The position numbers and the translations under genes are program-made. This document shows, in pieces, positions 18,024 to 26,748 of a stretch of 64,000 bases of DNA. Position 1 is the first letter of the stretch, and every line of letters begins with the position of its first letter. The stretch comes from Acidimicrobiia bacterium (GTDB taxonomy: Bacteria > Actinomycetota > Acidimicrobiia > Spongiisociales > ZC4RG35), in contig JBBDQN010000057.1 in assembly GCA_040905905.1 (NCBI GenBank), positions 165 to 64,164 of the forward strand. Direction: 5' to 3'. Under the pieces are notes generated by a model. That model worked only from the letters and a program-made list of their open reading frames with translations. It was not told the origin of the DNA and made no database searches.

Positions 18024-19198
18024 CGCAACAACACCCCGAGGCGGTCGGTCAATACGGCCGTGGCGGCGCCGGCCAGAACGAGGTCGCTGCCGAGCGGAGA
18101 GAGTTCGACCTCGACCAGCCCGGCCGTGGCCGGTAGAACCCTGGATGCCAGCTCTGCCCGGATCTCGTCGACCAGTTGGTCGCCACAGTTGCGAATCTCG
18201 GGGGCGATGACGATGTGGGTTATGTCGAGAAGCGCCACGGCATGGGCGAGCACTGATCCGAGGTGACGGCCGGCCATGCCAAGGGCCCGGCGGAGTGGTT
18301 CTTCTCCGGCGATGGCGGCCAACGCAATCGCGTCCCAAGGATGGCGGTCGGGGTCGGCTCCGACGCTGCGGAGGATGGCCGGGACACTCGCCACGGTCTC
18401 GAGACACCCGGAGTTGCCACACGAGCACAGCAGACCATCAGTCACTACCTTGACGTGGCCGATTTCGCCGGCGGCAGAGTTTTCGCCCCGATGAAGGCGG
18501 GCGCCCAGGACAACGCCGGCCCCTACCCCGCGGCCGAGCTTCACCACCAATACGTTGTCACGTCCGGCGTGACGACGCACCTCGGCCAGTGCGGCGAGTT
18601 GGGCGTCGTTGGCAATCGAGACTGGAAGAGAAAAGGTGTTGCGAATGGCAGCACCCAGATCGAGATTGTGCCAACCGAGATTGGCGGCTTCGACGACCAG
18701 ACCGGCTTGGTCGACCACACCCGGGGTGCCGATGCCGATTCCCAGAACCGGGGCTTGCGCCATGGCCAGGAGTTCGGCGATCAGGGCCAACGTCGCCTCG
18801 ACGGCCTCCGATTGGGCCAGGTCGGGCGTCGGCGCTTCCACTCGATCGCGAATATGTCCGCTGAGATCAACCAGAGCTGCCTGAAAGGGTCGGCGGCCCA
18901 GGTCGAGAGCAACGATGTCGCGGCCTCGTTCGTTGAGCGCCACCATGGTCGGAGGTTTGCCTCCGGCAGAAATGCCCCGACCGAGCTCTCTCACCAGACC
19001 CTCGTCGATGAGTTCGCCGATGAGGCTGGAAACGGCGGCCCTGGTCAGACCGGTCAATCGCGAGATCTCGGCCCGACTGGTTGAACCCTGGATCGAGACG
19101 AGATCGAGGGTGTTGCTCAGGTTCGTGCGACGCGAGTCGTGTTTAGTCGCTTTGTGGTGTTTGGTCGGCTCGATCATTGCCAGTCCATGAAAGTTCAC
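18020..19198 (-). CDS. ROK-family transcriptional regulator (NagC/XylR-like), an N-terminal HTH plus a ROK sugar-binding domain.
   Basis: HTH LVSIQGSTSRAEISRLTGLTRAAVSSLIGEL. ROK body with CSCGNSGCLE. It is the first gene of the minus-strand amino-sugar operon. Start is GTG 19198 or ATG 19177. Confidence 0.75.
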   Translation of the reverse strand: MNFHGLAMIEPTKHHKATKHDSRRTNLSNTLDLVSIQGSTSRAEISRLTGLTRAAVSSLIGELIDEGLVRELGRGISAGGKPPTMVALNERGRDIVALDLGRRPFQAALVDLSGHIRDRVEAPTPDLAQSEAVEATLALIAELLAMAQAPVLGIGIGTPGVVDQAGLVVEAANLGWHNLDLGAAIRNTFSLPVSIANDAQLAALAEVRRHAGRDNVLVVKLGRGVGAGVVLGARLHRGENSAAGEIGHVKVVTDGLLCSCGNSGCLETVASVPAILRSVGADPDRHPWDAIALAAIAGEEPLRRALGMAGRHLGSVLAHAVALLDITHIVIAPEIRNCGDQLVDEIRAELASRVLPATAGLVEVELSPLGSDLVLAGAATAVLTDRLGVLLR

Positions 19199-19279
19199 TA
19201 AACATACAAAGTATTTACCCCGGATGCCGTGAAATGCGAGGGTTTTCTGAGCAGTCTTAACACACTGTCAACAATCACC

Positions 19280-20026
19280 ATGCGCCGTCTCGCCGCTGCC
19301 TCGGCCCTTGTCGTTGCTTTTCTCCCCACCGCTGCAATGGCGGCAGAGAGCCGGCTGCCCGACTACACAGACGACGAGTTCGTCCGTCTAACCGAACTGG
19401 CTGAGTTGGCGAATCTCGCTCCGTCTGGTGACCCGATCGCGATCACCGGCGACGGGGGAATCGACGAACAGATTCGCCTGCTGGCCGAGGCCAGGGGGTA
19501 TGTGCTCCGACCAGTTCCTATTGATCCGCTGGTCGAGGTCGATGGTGAGCTACTTCAGGCTCCAGCCGCGGTCGCCTGGAAGGTGTTGCAGGCAGAAGCT
19601 GCCAGCGCTGGATTTTCGATTCGGCTCGTGTCGGGATACCGCAGCGTCTCTTCCCAGGCCGGAGTATTCGTAGCCGGGGCGGGTGGTTCGACGCTGAGGG
19701 CACTCGAGGCTCGTCTGGCCTGGTCGGCGCCTCCCGGGTATTCCAAACACCACACGGGTTATGTCATCGACCTGGCCCTCCCGGGCGAGTCACACAACAG
19801 CTTCGGACAGTCCGAGGCCCATAGCTGGCTCGTGGCCGACAATTACGAAGTACTCAAAGGCTTGGGATTTGTCCCGAGCTACCCACCGGGAGGGCCACCG
19901 CAGGGCCCCAACCCTGAGGCTTGGGAGTATTCGTTTGTGGGAATCGCGGTGATCCGCTGTGGTCATCAGATGATGCTCGGACCCCTGGCACCGAGCCGAG
20001 GAGATCCACCAGCTTGTCCCGACTAA
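19280..20026 (+). CDS. VanY-like D-alanyl-D-alanine carboxypeptidase (peptidase M15B), secreted.
   Basis: Signal peptide MRRLAAASALVVAFLPTAAMAA. M15 motifs SGYRS and SKHHTGYVIDL. I trimmed the start to the ATG at 19280. Confidence 0.7.
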   Translation: MRRLAAASALVVAFLPTAAMAAESRLPDYTDDEFVRLTELAELANLAPSGDPIAITGDGGIDEQIRLLAEARGYVLRPVPIDPLVEVDGELLQAPAAVAWKVLQAEAASAGFSIRLVSGYRSVSSQAGVFVAGAGGSTLRALEARLAWSAPPGYSKHHTGYVIDLALPGESHNSFGQSEAHSWLVADNYEVLKGLGFVPSYPPGGPPQGPNPEAWEYSFVGIAVIRCGHQMMLGPLAPSRGDPPACPD

Positions 20027-20040
20027 GAGACTTGGAGACT

Positions 20041-20066
20041 CAGAGAGACAGAATCCGGTCTCTCTG
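20041..20066. terminator. Hairpin with a perfect 9-bp stem between convergent genes. Probably a bidirectional terminator; the U-tract is weak.
   Basis: CAGAGAGAC-agaatccg-GTCTCTCTG followed by TACTCTTA. It lies between the VanY stop (20026) and the stop of the small minus-strand ORF (20072). Confidence 0.4.
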
Positions 20067-20071
20067 TACTC

Positions 20072-20266
20072 TTAGGGGGCAATAGTCGATTCAGTGCCGG
20101 GGTCGTCGGTATTGATGGTGACGGTAACTCCGGGGTCGGCGTCCAGGTTGCCGGAGTTGGCGTACCAGATCGCCAGAATGACGACCACGACCAGGATCAC
20201 GGCCGCGATCAGCGTTCCCTGACCGACTCGACCATCATCCACAGGGGGTCGCTTGGCCTCGCCCAT
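20072..20266 (-). CDS. Small hypothetical membrane protein of about 64 aa.
   Basis: A single TM segment (LIAAVILVVVVILAIWY). The ATG at 20266 was chosen, with an alternative GTG at 20284. There is no homology support. Confidence 0.3.
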   Translation of the reverse strand: MGEAKRPPVDDGRVGQGTLIAAVILVVVVILAIWYANSGNLDADPGVTVTINTDDPGTESTIAP

Positions 20267-20282
20267 ACCTGGCAAGTATCCC

Positions 20283-20299
20283 ACCTACGCTACGTAGGT
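20283..20299. promoter_or_regulatory. A 17-bp perfect palindrome, ACCTACG-cta-CGTAGGT, in the divergent promoter region. It overlaps the GTG start of the DmpA-like gene and is a candidate operator.
   Basis: Read directly from the sequence. Confidence 0.3.
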
Positions 20300-21365
20300 G
20301 ACAAGGCTGCGCGATCTTGGTGTTGTCATCGGTCGCCTGCCCGTCGGCGAGAACAACGCGATCACCGATGTTCCGGGAATCCAGGTCGGCCACGTCACCG
20401 TCACCCGCGACGAACCAACCGTCGTGCGGACCGGGGTCACGATGGTTGTCCCCCGCGAGAACACGATCTGGGACGACTACGCCTTCTGCGGTTGGCACTC
20501 CTTCAATGGCAACGGGGAGATGACCGGCCTGCCGTGGATCGACGAAAGCGGGATGCTTGGCTCTCCGATTGGAATCACCAACACTCACCAGGTCGGGCTG
20601 GTGCGTGATTCCCTGGTCAGATACGCGGTGGACAACCGCCAGGAGAAAGGTTTCATCCTTCCCGTCGTGGCCGAGACCTACGACGGGTGGTTGTCCGATG
20701 CCGGTTCGTTCCCACTGGTCGAAGCCGACGCCCTGGCTGCGGTGGATGGGGCCGCCGGAGGCAAGATAGCCGAGGGCAACGTTGGCGGTGGCACCGGCAT
20801 GATCTGTCACGAGTTCAAGGGAGGCATAGGCACCTCGTCGCGCGTGGTCGATCTGGCCATGCACACATACACGGTCGGCGTTCTCGTTCAAGCCAACTAC
20901 GGGTCCCGATCCGACCTTCGAATCGATGGAGTCCCGATCGGACGTTATCTCGGCTACGACCGGGTTCCGGCCCCCTGGCCCGACCAGGAGAGAGACGGCT
21001 CGATCATCGTCGTGATCGCCACCGACGCCCCGCTCATCCCCGTGCAGTGCAGCCGGCTGGCTCGCCGGGCGACAGTCGGCCTTGCCCGGGTAGGAGGCGT
21101 TGGACACAACGGCTCGGGCGACCTCTTTCTGGCCTTCGCTACCGGCAATCGTCTCCCGGCGGCAGTGAAGACGCCCCGGGAATTGCGGATGCTGCCCCAC
21201 GAATCTCTAGACAAGTTCTTCGTCGCCGTGGCCGACGCCACCGAAGAAGCGATTCTCAATGCGTTGCTGGCGGCCGAAACGATGACGGGTTACCGGAATC
21301 GAACCGCCCATGCCCTGCCCGTGGACGATGTGGTCGAGGTGCTCAAGCGTTACCCGGCCGTCTGA
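20298..21365 (+). CDS. DmpA/OAT-family (peptidase S58/P1) L-aminopeptidase/D-esterase.
   Basis: The N-terminus LRDLGVVIGRLPVGENNAITDVPGIQVGHVTV is typical of DmpA. GTG start. Confidence 0.8.
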   Translation: MTRLRDLGVVIGRLPVGENNAITDVPGIQVGHVTVTRDEPTVVRTGVTMVVPRENTIWDDYAFCGWHSFNGNGEMTGLPWIDESGMLGSPIGITNTHQVGLVRDSLVRYAVDNRQEKGFILPVVAETYDGWLSDAGSFPLVEADALAAVDGAAGGKIAEGNVGGGTGMICHEFKGGIGTSSRVVDLAMHTYTVGVLVQANYGSRSDLRIDGVPIGRYLGYDRVPAPWPDQERDGSIIVVIATDAPLIPVQCSRLARRATVGLARVGGVGHNGSGDLFLAFATGNRLPAAVKTPRELRMLPHESLDKFFVAVADATEEAILNALLAAETMTGYRNRTAHALPVDDVVEVLKRYPAV

Positions 21366-22482
21366 ACCGTGCCGGTGAAAGTGCGGCCAGGTCGAGACCC
21401 ACAGCCATCTGGGCGGGAGGAGCTTCACCCTTGGTGACCAAGAAAGCGGTCAACTCGCCCGCGGCCGGGGCGGTTTGGATCCCGGTGCCCCCCTGGCCGA
21501 CCAGCCAGAAAAACCCGGGATGATCGACATCAAAGCCGATCACCATGGCCCGATCGGGCACAAAACTGCGGAGCCCTGCCCAGGCGGATCGCACGGTCGT
21601 GATGTCGAGGGTGGTGGCGGCATTGATCCGTTCGATCGCTAGCGCCACATCGAGTTGATCCGGTCTGGCATCACCAGGAGGCACCGGGGTCTCGTCTGCC
21701 AGGGAACAGAGGATCTGGGTACCGTCGGGCCGGAGGTAGAAGCCGTTGTCCACGTCGGCCACCAGCGGCCACCCGGCGTAGGAGATATCCCCGGGAACCA
21801 TGAAGGCCGTCCGCCGCCTGGGCTCCAACCCCACCGGCTCCACCCCCCCAAGCGAGGCGACGATGTCGCCCCACGCCCCGGCCGCATCAATCACCACGTC
21901 AGCCGCCATGCTGTGGTGGGGGGTGGTCACCAGCCATCCTGTACCGGTCTCGGCAAGAGCGGTTACGGGGGCAGAGGTGACGATGGCCGCACCTACCTTG
22001 CGCATTCCCCGGACAAACGACTGGTGGATCGATGCCACATCGAGATCGAGGGCATCGGGTACGAGAATTGCGCCGGAGAGCTGGTCCGGTCGCAGAACGG
22101 GAACCAGGGCCATGGCTTCCGCGGGGCTGAGGCGCACGGCCGACGATCCCGCTAAGTCGAATTCTCGATCCAACGAGCCAACTTGATGATGCCGACCTAT
22201 CCACATCGCCCCTCGCCGCTCGAGAAACCTCACATCGGCCAGACCCTCAGGGGGGTCCTCGAAGAAGGACCGGCTGGCTTTGGTCAGCGGGCGGATCGCG
22301 GCGGCGCCGTACTCTTCGAAATAGAGCGCTGCCGACCGGCCGGTGGAGTGGTAGGCGAGCGTCTTCTCCTGCTCGAACAAAGTGACCTCACACCCTGCGA
22401 GGGCGAGGTGGTATCCGGCAGAAACTCCGGCGATGCCTCCACCGACCACTACCACGGTTGGCATCGAGCGGCCTGTCGCCAT
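21343..22482 (-). CDS. FAD-dependent oxidoreductase (DAO family; glycine/D-amino-acid oxidase-like).
   Basis: TVVVVGGGIAGVSAGYHLALAG is an FAD GxGxxG motif. I trimmed the start to the ATG at 22482, with an alternative at 22464. The track start at 22617 is an extension. Confidence 0.75.
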   Translation of the reverse strand: MATGRSMPTVVVVGGGIAGVSAGYHLALAGCEVTLFEQEKTLAYHSTGRSAALYFEEYGAAAIRPLTKASRSFFEDPPEGLADVRFLERRGAMWIGRHHQVGSLDREFDLAGSSAVRLSPAEAMALVPVLRPDQLSGAILVPDALDLDVASIHQSFVRGMRKVGAAIVTSAPVTALAETGTGWLVTTPHHSMAADVVIDAAGAWGDIVASLGGVEPVGLEPRRRTAFMVPGDISYAGWPLVADVDNGFYLRPDGTQILCSLADETPVPPGDARPDQLDVALAIERINAATTLDITTVRSAWAGLRSFVPDRAMVIGFDVDHPGFFWLVGQGGTGIQTAPAAGELTAFLVTKGEAPPAQMAVGLDLAALSPARFRRPGNA

Positions 22483-22519
22483 CGCCGCGCCAGGGTAAAC
22501 CGACCGGTACCTTGCTCGA

Positions 22520-23185
22520 ATGCCGGTCGAGCCGCCACCGAGCCGTTTCCGATTTCCCTCACCGACAACGAGTGACGACGACGTAGTGGCGGTCGGGGGA
22601 GATCTTGAGCCCGGCACTCTTCTGATGGCCTACCGATCCGGCCTTTTCCCCATGCACCTTCCCGATGGGCGGCTGGGATGGTGGTCACCGCTCCGCCGTG
22701 GCGTGCTCCCTCTGGACGGCATGAGAGTAAGCCGCTCCTTGCGGAAGTCCTACGGTCGTTTTTCGTATACGGTCGATACCGATCCCGGGGCGGTGATCGC
22801 AGGCTGTAGCGACCCATCCCGTACCCAGGGCTGGATCACCCCCGAGATCGGTGCCGCCTACTTACGGCTTCAGCACCTGGGCTGGGTCCATTCGATTGAG
22901 GTGTGGTCGTCGACTGGCGAACTCGCCGGGGGTCTTTACGGCGTCGGGATCGGGGGTTTGTTCGCGGGTGAGTCGATGTTCACCCGCCGCTCCGACGCCT
23001 CCAAGTGTGCGTTGCTCCATCTGGTCGAGCTGCTCCGCAACGGGGGGGCCACGCTGCTTGATACGCAATGGGCGACAACCCATCTCCAGTCTCTGGGGGT
23101 GATCGAACTCGATCGCAGCGACTACCTCGCGCAGTTGCGAGACGCCCTAGCCCACCAGGGACCATGGGGGTCGGGCGACCGGTAG
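22520..23185 (+). CDS. aat: Leucyl/phenylalanyl-tRNA--protein transferase.
   Basis: LLMAYRSGLFPM, GESMFTRRSDASK and a Leu_Phe_trans family C-terminus. 221 aa. Confidence 0.8.
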   Translation: MPVEPPPSRFRFPSPTTSDDDVVAVGGDLEPGTLLMAYRSGLFPMHLPDGRLGWWSPLRRGVLPLDGMRVSRSLRKSYGRFSYTVDTDPGAVIAGCSDPSRTQGWITPEIGAAYLRLQHLGWVHSIEVWSSTGELAGGLYGVGIGGLFAGESMFTRRSDASKCALLHLVELLRNGGATLLDTQWATTHLQSLGVIELDRSDYLAQLRDALAHQGPWGSGDR

Positions 23186-23197
23186 AGTCGAAACGCC

Positions 23198-24070
23198 TTG
23201 GAGGGTGGATCAGCAGCTGGACGGGTCGTGGCCGGCGTCGACCTAACACCAATCGGTCGCAGAGTGGCCGAACGCGGCCGTTTGGTGGCCGAAGCCCACG
23301 GCCTCGACCTGCACCTGGTCACCGTGAGCGAGTCCTCATCTGAGGCCCTTCTGGATGACGGGTTGGGAAAGATCCTGTTTGATCACCACCGCCAACATGT
23401 GAACGATCTGGCGGCGTGGTGCCAGAGCCGGAGTCAGCTGACGGTGAGCCATGAGGCAGTGAAAGGTTCCATCGGCTGGGAACTGGTCCGGCGGGCGAAA
23501 ACCGCGTCATTGGTGGTGGTAGGGACATCGTCGGTGGACGTCGAGCGTTGTGGTCCTATAGCCCGCCGTATAGCGATCATGTCGACGGGGGACGTTCTCG
23601 TGGTTCGCCGGCAACCTCGCACCGGCTACCGAAAAGTGATGGCGGCCGTCGACCTCTCCGCCCATTCGCGACAGGCCGTTGACAAGGCCTTGGCGTGGAA
23701 TCCCGAGGCCGACGTTACCGCGATATTTGCCCTCCCCTCCCGCTGGGACCCCGCCCTGACCGGGGCCGGGCTCTTTGACGTCGAGCTTGCGGCCTCCCGC
23801 AGGTCACGCATGCAGCGGGCCGTCGAGGAGATGGAGGAGTTCGCCGCCAATTGGCCCGGAAGGGTCAAGCCGATGGTCGTCGATGGACCCCCCCACACTG
23901 CCATCGATGAGGCCGTCCGGCGCCGGGGAGCCGATTTGGTGGTTGTCGCCAATCGCGGCGCCGGGGCCACGAAGATGGTCTTGCTGGGGACGGTCGCCGA
24001 CGGCGTTTTGGAGGCCATGCCCTGCGATGTCCTGGTAGCGAGGGTCCCCGGGGAGTTTCGCCGCCCCTAG
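23198..24070 (+). CDS. Universal stress protein with tandem UspA domains.
   Basis: Two Usp-like halves. The C-terminal half carries the ATP-binding-type motif VVVANRGAGATKMVLLGTVADGVL. Confidence 0.7.
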   Translation: MEGGSAAGRVVAGVDLTPIGRRVAERGRLVAEAHGLDLHLVTVSESSSEALLDDGLGKILFDHHRQHVNDLAAWCQSRSQLTVSHEAVKGSIGWELVRRAKTASLVVVGTSSVDVERCGPIARRIAIMSTGDVLVVRRQPRTGYRKVMAAVDLSAHSRQAVDKALAWNPEADVTAIFALPSRWDPALTGAGLFDVELAASRRSRMQRAVEEMEEFAANWPGRVKPMVVDGPPHTAIDEAVRRRGADLVVVANRGAGATKMVLLGTVADGVLEAMPCDVLVARVPGEFRRP

Positions 24071-24117
24071 GGGTGAAAATGCTCACTATCAGGCGCCGGG
24101 ATGCCGACATATGAGGT

Positions 24118-24801
24118 GTGGCCAACGTAACCAAAATGGACCACATTTCCGATGCACGGATCCTGGTGGTCGAAGACCAACCAGCCGACCGACATCTGAT
24201 CGAGCAGGTCCTGGCAGCAGCCGGCTTTCGCAATGTCGGCCTTTCCTCCGACCCGCGCGCGGTGGCAACCGAGTTCGATCCTCTCCGGCTCGACCTTCTC
24301 GTACTGGACCTGTGGATGCCAGGTATGGATGGCTTTGCCCTCTTGCGCCAACTCCGGGAGCGGATCCCATCCGATTCGTATTTTCCGGTTTTGGTTATCA
24401 CAGCCGATGTCACTGTGGACACACGGCGACGGGCGCTGCTGGCCGGTGCCACCGACTTTCTCACCAAACCGATCGATGTGGTCGAGGTGACACTCCGGGT
24501 GAGACAGTTGCTAGAGACCCGCAGGCTCCAGGTTGAGCTCGCTCACCAGCGCAGACAGGTAGAGGTCACCATAAATGAACTACGGACGCCGCTGGCCAAT
24601 GTGCTTGAGGTGGCCCGGAAGCTCACGGAATCGATCAGTTCCCTGCCTTCGGATGAGACCGAGTACTTGATCCGGCTGATCGCCGAAGAGGCAAACGAGG
24701 CGGCGGTGATCATCAACGACCTGTTGGCCGGGGCACAGACAGACACCAACGGCGCCGCCGGCCACAACGATCCAGTCACGCTGCGCGTCCGGGCCCTTTA
24801 G
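24118..24801 (+). CDS. Response-regulator receiver domain fused to a degenerate HisKA/DHp-like helix in which the conserved His is replaced by Asn. It has no ATPase domain.
   Basis: REC: ILVVEDQPADR...LLVLDLWMPGMDG...TKP. The C-terminus carries INELRTPLANVLEVARKL, which can be compared with the H-box MSHELRTPLNSIIGFAQLL of the adjacent kinase. Confidence 0.8.
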   Translation: MANVTKMDHISDARILVVEDQPADRHLIEQVLAAAGFRNVGLSSDPRAVATEFDPLRLDLLVLDLWMPGMDGFALLRQLRERIPSDSYFPVLVITADVTVDTRRRALLAGATDFLTKPIDVVEVTLRVRQLLETRRLQVELAHQRRQVEVTINELRTPLANVLEVARKLTESISSLPSDETEYLIRLIAEEANEAAVIINDLLAGAQTDTNGAAGHNDPVTLRVRAL

Positions 24802-24804
24802 CTC

Positions 24805-26748
24805 ATGTACGAAAGCGGGTCCCTGCCCGGCACATTCGAGGACCACCAGGACGTTCTCGAGCATCTCATCGACTCCGGGCCGATCTTGATGTTCAGCGAG
24901 AGCCTCCCGGACCGAAGGATCTCATACGCAAGCGCAAACTTCGAGCGCCTCCTTGGTTATGCCCTCAGCGACGTAATAGGTGCTCGGCGGTTCTTTGCGG
25001 CTCTGATCGTCCCCGATGACCGGTCCCGATATGAGGAGCTGATGACCCGACTCGTCGCCGGTGAATCTGAAACTCGGGAAGGTGAATATGAGCTCATCGA
25101 CGGCCACGGCAACCGGCGGTGGTTCATGATCGCTTCCCGTCTGGACACCCGGGCAGACCTGCCCCACTCGCTCTTGGGGTACGCGGCCGACGTCACCGAT
25201 CGGGTGGTGGCCTTTCGCTTTGCCCGGGAGGCCGTCGAGAAGTACGAGGCGATTTTCACAGGAGTGCCCTCGGGGATTTTTCGCAGCTCGCCAGAAGGGA
25301 CGATTCTCGAAGCCAATCCAAAACTGGCAGAAATCCTTGGCTATGACTCCACCGACGACCTCAAACGCTTGGTACCCGATGTGGCTTCTCTCTATGTCGA
25401 TCCTCGCGAGCGACTTGGTTTCATGGAGCAGGTGGGCACCCACGGTTCGGTGCAGAACTTTGAGACCAAGCTCAGACGCCGCACGGGGGAGATAATCGAC
25501 ATTTCGATGAATGCCAGCGTCGTGCGCGACCGTGATGGGAGTGTGCTCGGTTTCGAAGGGACCCTGGTTGATGTGACCGACCAACGCCAGGCCGAAGCAG
25601 AGGCCCGCAAGGCGCGGGCGGAAGCCGATCGGGCTAACCAGGCCAAGAGTGTTTTCCTGTCTCGCATGAGCCACGAGCTGCGGACTCCGCTCAACTCGAT
25701 CATTGGGTTTGCCCAACTGCTCGAGTTTCGCGAGCCGGAACCAGGCGTGGCCGACGCCGCCCATCACATCATCAAGGGCGGGCAACACCTACTGGAGTTG
25801 ATAAACGAAGTCTTGGACATTGCCCGCGTCGAGGCCGGCCGTATTGCCATGAGCCTGGAACCGGTACACCTTGGTGATGCTATTGCGGATGCCCTGGAGC
25901 TGATTCGTCCACTGGCTGAGGCACGCCAGATTGCTGTCACCGGTGGCGGACATCAAGGCTGCCAACATCTCGTCCTGAGTGATCGACAACGGCTGAAGCA
26001 GGTCCTACTCAATTTGCTCTCGAATGCGGTCAAGTACAACCGTGAAGGCGGCAGCGTCGATGTCACCTGCAGCTGCGACGATCACCATGCGAGCGTGTCC
26101 GTCACCGACACGGGACCCGGGATCGCTCCCGAGCACCTCGGTCGTCTATTCGCTCCTTTTGACCGGCTGGCGGCCGATATCTCAGGCGAGGAGGGGACGG
26201 GATTGGGCCTCACCCTCTCGCGCCACCTCACAGAGGCGATGGGGGGAGTCCTCGATGTCGTTTCCGTCGTCGGTCATGGGTCAACATTCACAGTGACCCT
26301 GGCGTCCACCAACGCCACCGAGCGTCCGCGGCCAAGCGAGAACGGCGACGGCTCGGGGGCGGTAGCGAGGATGGTCGAAGAACGTTCGATCCTGTACGTC
26401 GAAGACAACCTCGCAAGTGTGACTCTCATCGAGCAGATCATGACCCTTCGACCCGGGATAACCTTGAAATCGGTGATGCAAGGCCGGCTAGGGCTTGACT
26501 TTGCTCGCGAACACCACCCCGACCTGATCCTGCTCGACATGAACCTCCCGGACACGTCGGGCAAAGAAGTGCTGAGCGAGCTGAAAATCGACCCACGGAC
26601 AGCGGATATCCCGGTTCTCATGCTCTCAGCGGATGCCAGTCCGGGCCAGATCCAGCGCCTGATGGACAGCGGCGCCGATGGGTATATAACAAAACCCCTC
26701 GACCTCCCTCACTTTTTGGAAGAGATCGACCGATTACTTCACCTGTGA
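24805..26748 (+). CDS. Hybrid sensor histidine kinase (PAS - HisKA - HATPase_c - REC).
   Basis: H-box SHELRTPLNSIIGF. N/G boxes NLLSNAVKYN and DTGPGI...GTGLGL. C-terminal REC (ILYVEDN...LLDMNLPDTSG...TKP). Confidence 0.9.
   Translation: MYESGSLPGTFEDHQDVLEHLIDSGPILMFSESLPDRRISYASANFERLLGYALSDVIGARRFFAALIVPDDRSRYEELMTRLVAGESETREGEYELIDGHGNRRWFMIASRLDTRADLPHSLLGYAADVTDRVVAFRFAREAVEKYEAIFTGVPSGIFRSSPEGTILEANPKLAEILGYDSTDDLKRLVPDVASLYVDPRERLGFMEQVGTHGSVQNFETKLRRRTGEIIDISMNASVVRDRDGSVLGFEGTLVDVTDQRQAEAEARKARAEADRANQAKSVFLSRMSHELRTPLNSIIGFAQLLEFREPEPGVADAAHHIIKGGQHLLELINEVLDIARVEAGRIAMSLEPVHLGDAIADALELIRPLAEARQIAVTGGGHQGCQHLVLSDRQRLKQVLLNLLSNAVKYNREGGSVDVTCSCDDHHASVSVTDTGPGIAPEHLGRLFAPFDRLAADISGEEGTGLGLTLSRHLTEAMGGVLDVVSVVGHGSTFTVTLASTNATERPRPSENGDGSGAVARMVEERSILYVEDNLASVTLIEQIMTLRPGITLKSVMQGRLGLDFAREHHPDLILLDMNLPDTSGKEVLSELKIDPRTADIPVLMLSADASPGQIQRLMDSGADGYITKPLDLPHFLEEIDRLLHL

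Noticed and set aside
19199-19279. AT-rich divergent region between the ROK regulator and the VanY-like gene, containing a TTGACA hexamer on the minus strand.
   Set aside because: It is a plausible promoter/operator for the amino-sugar operon. However, I could not find a convincing -10 at correct spacing or a clear palindrome, so it was not listed as a feature.
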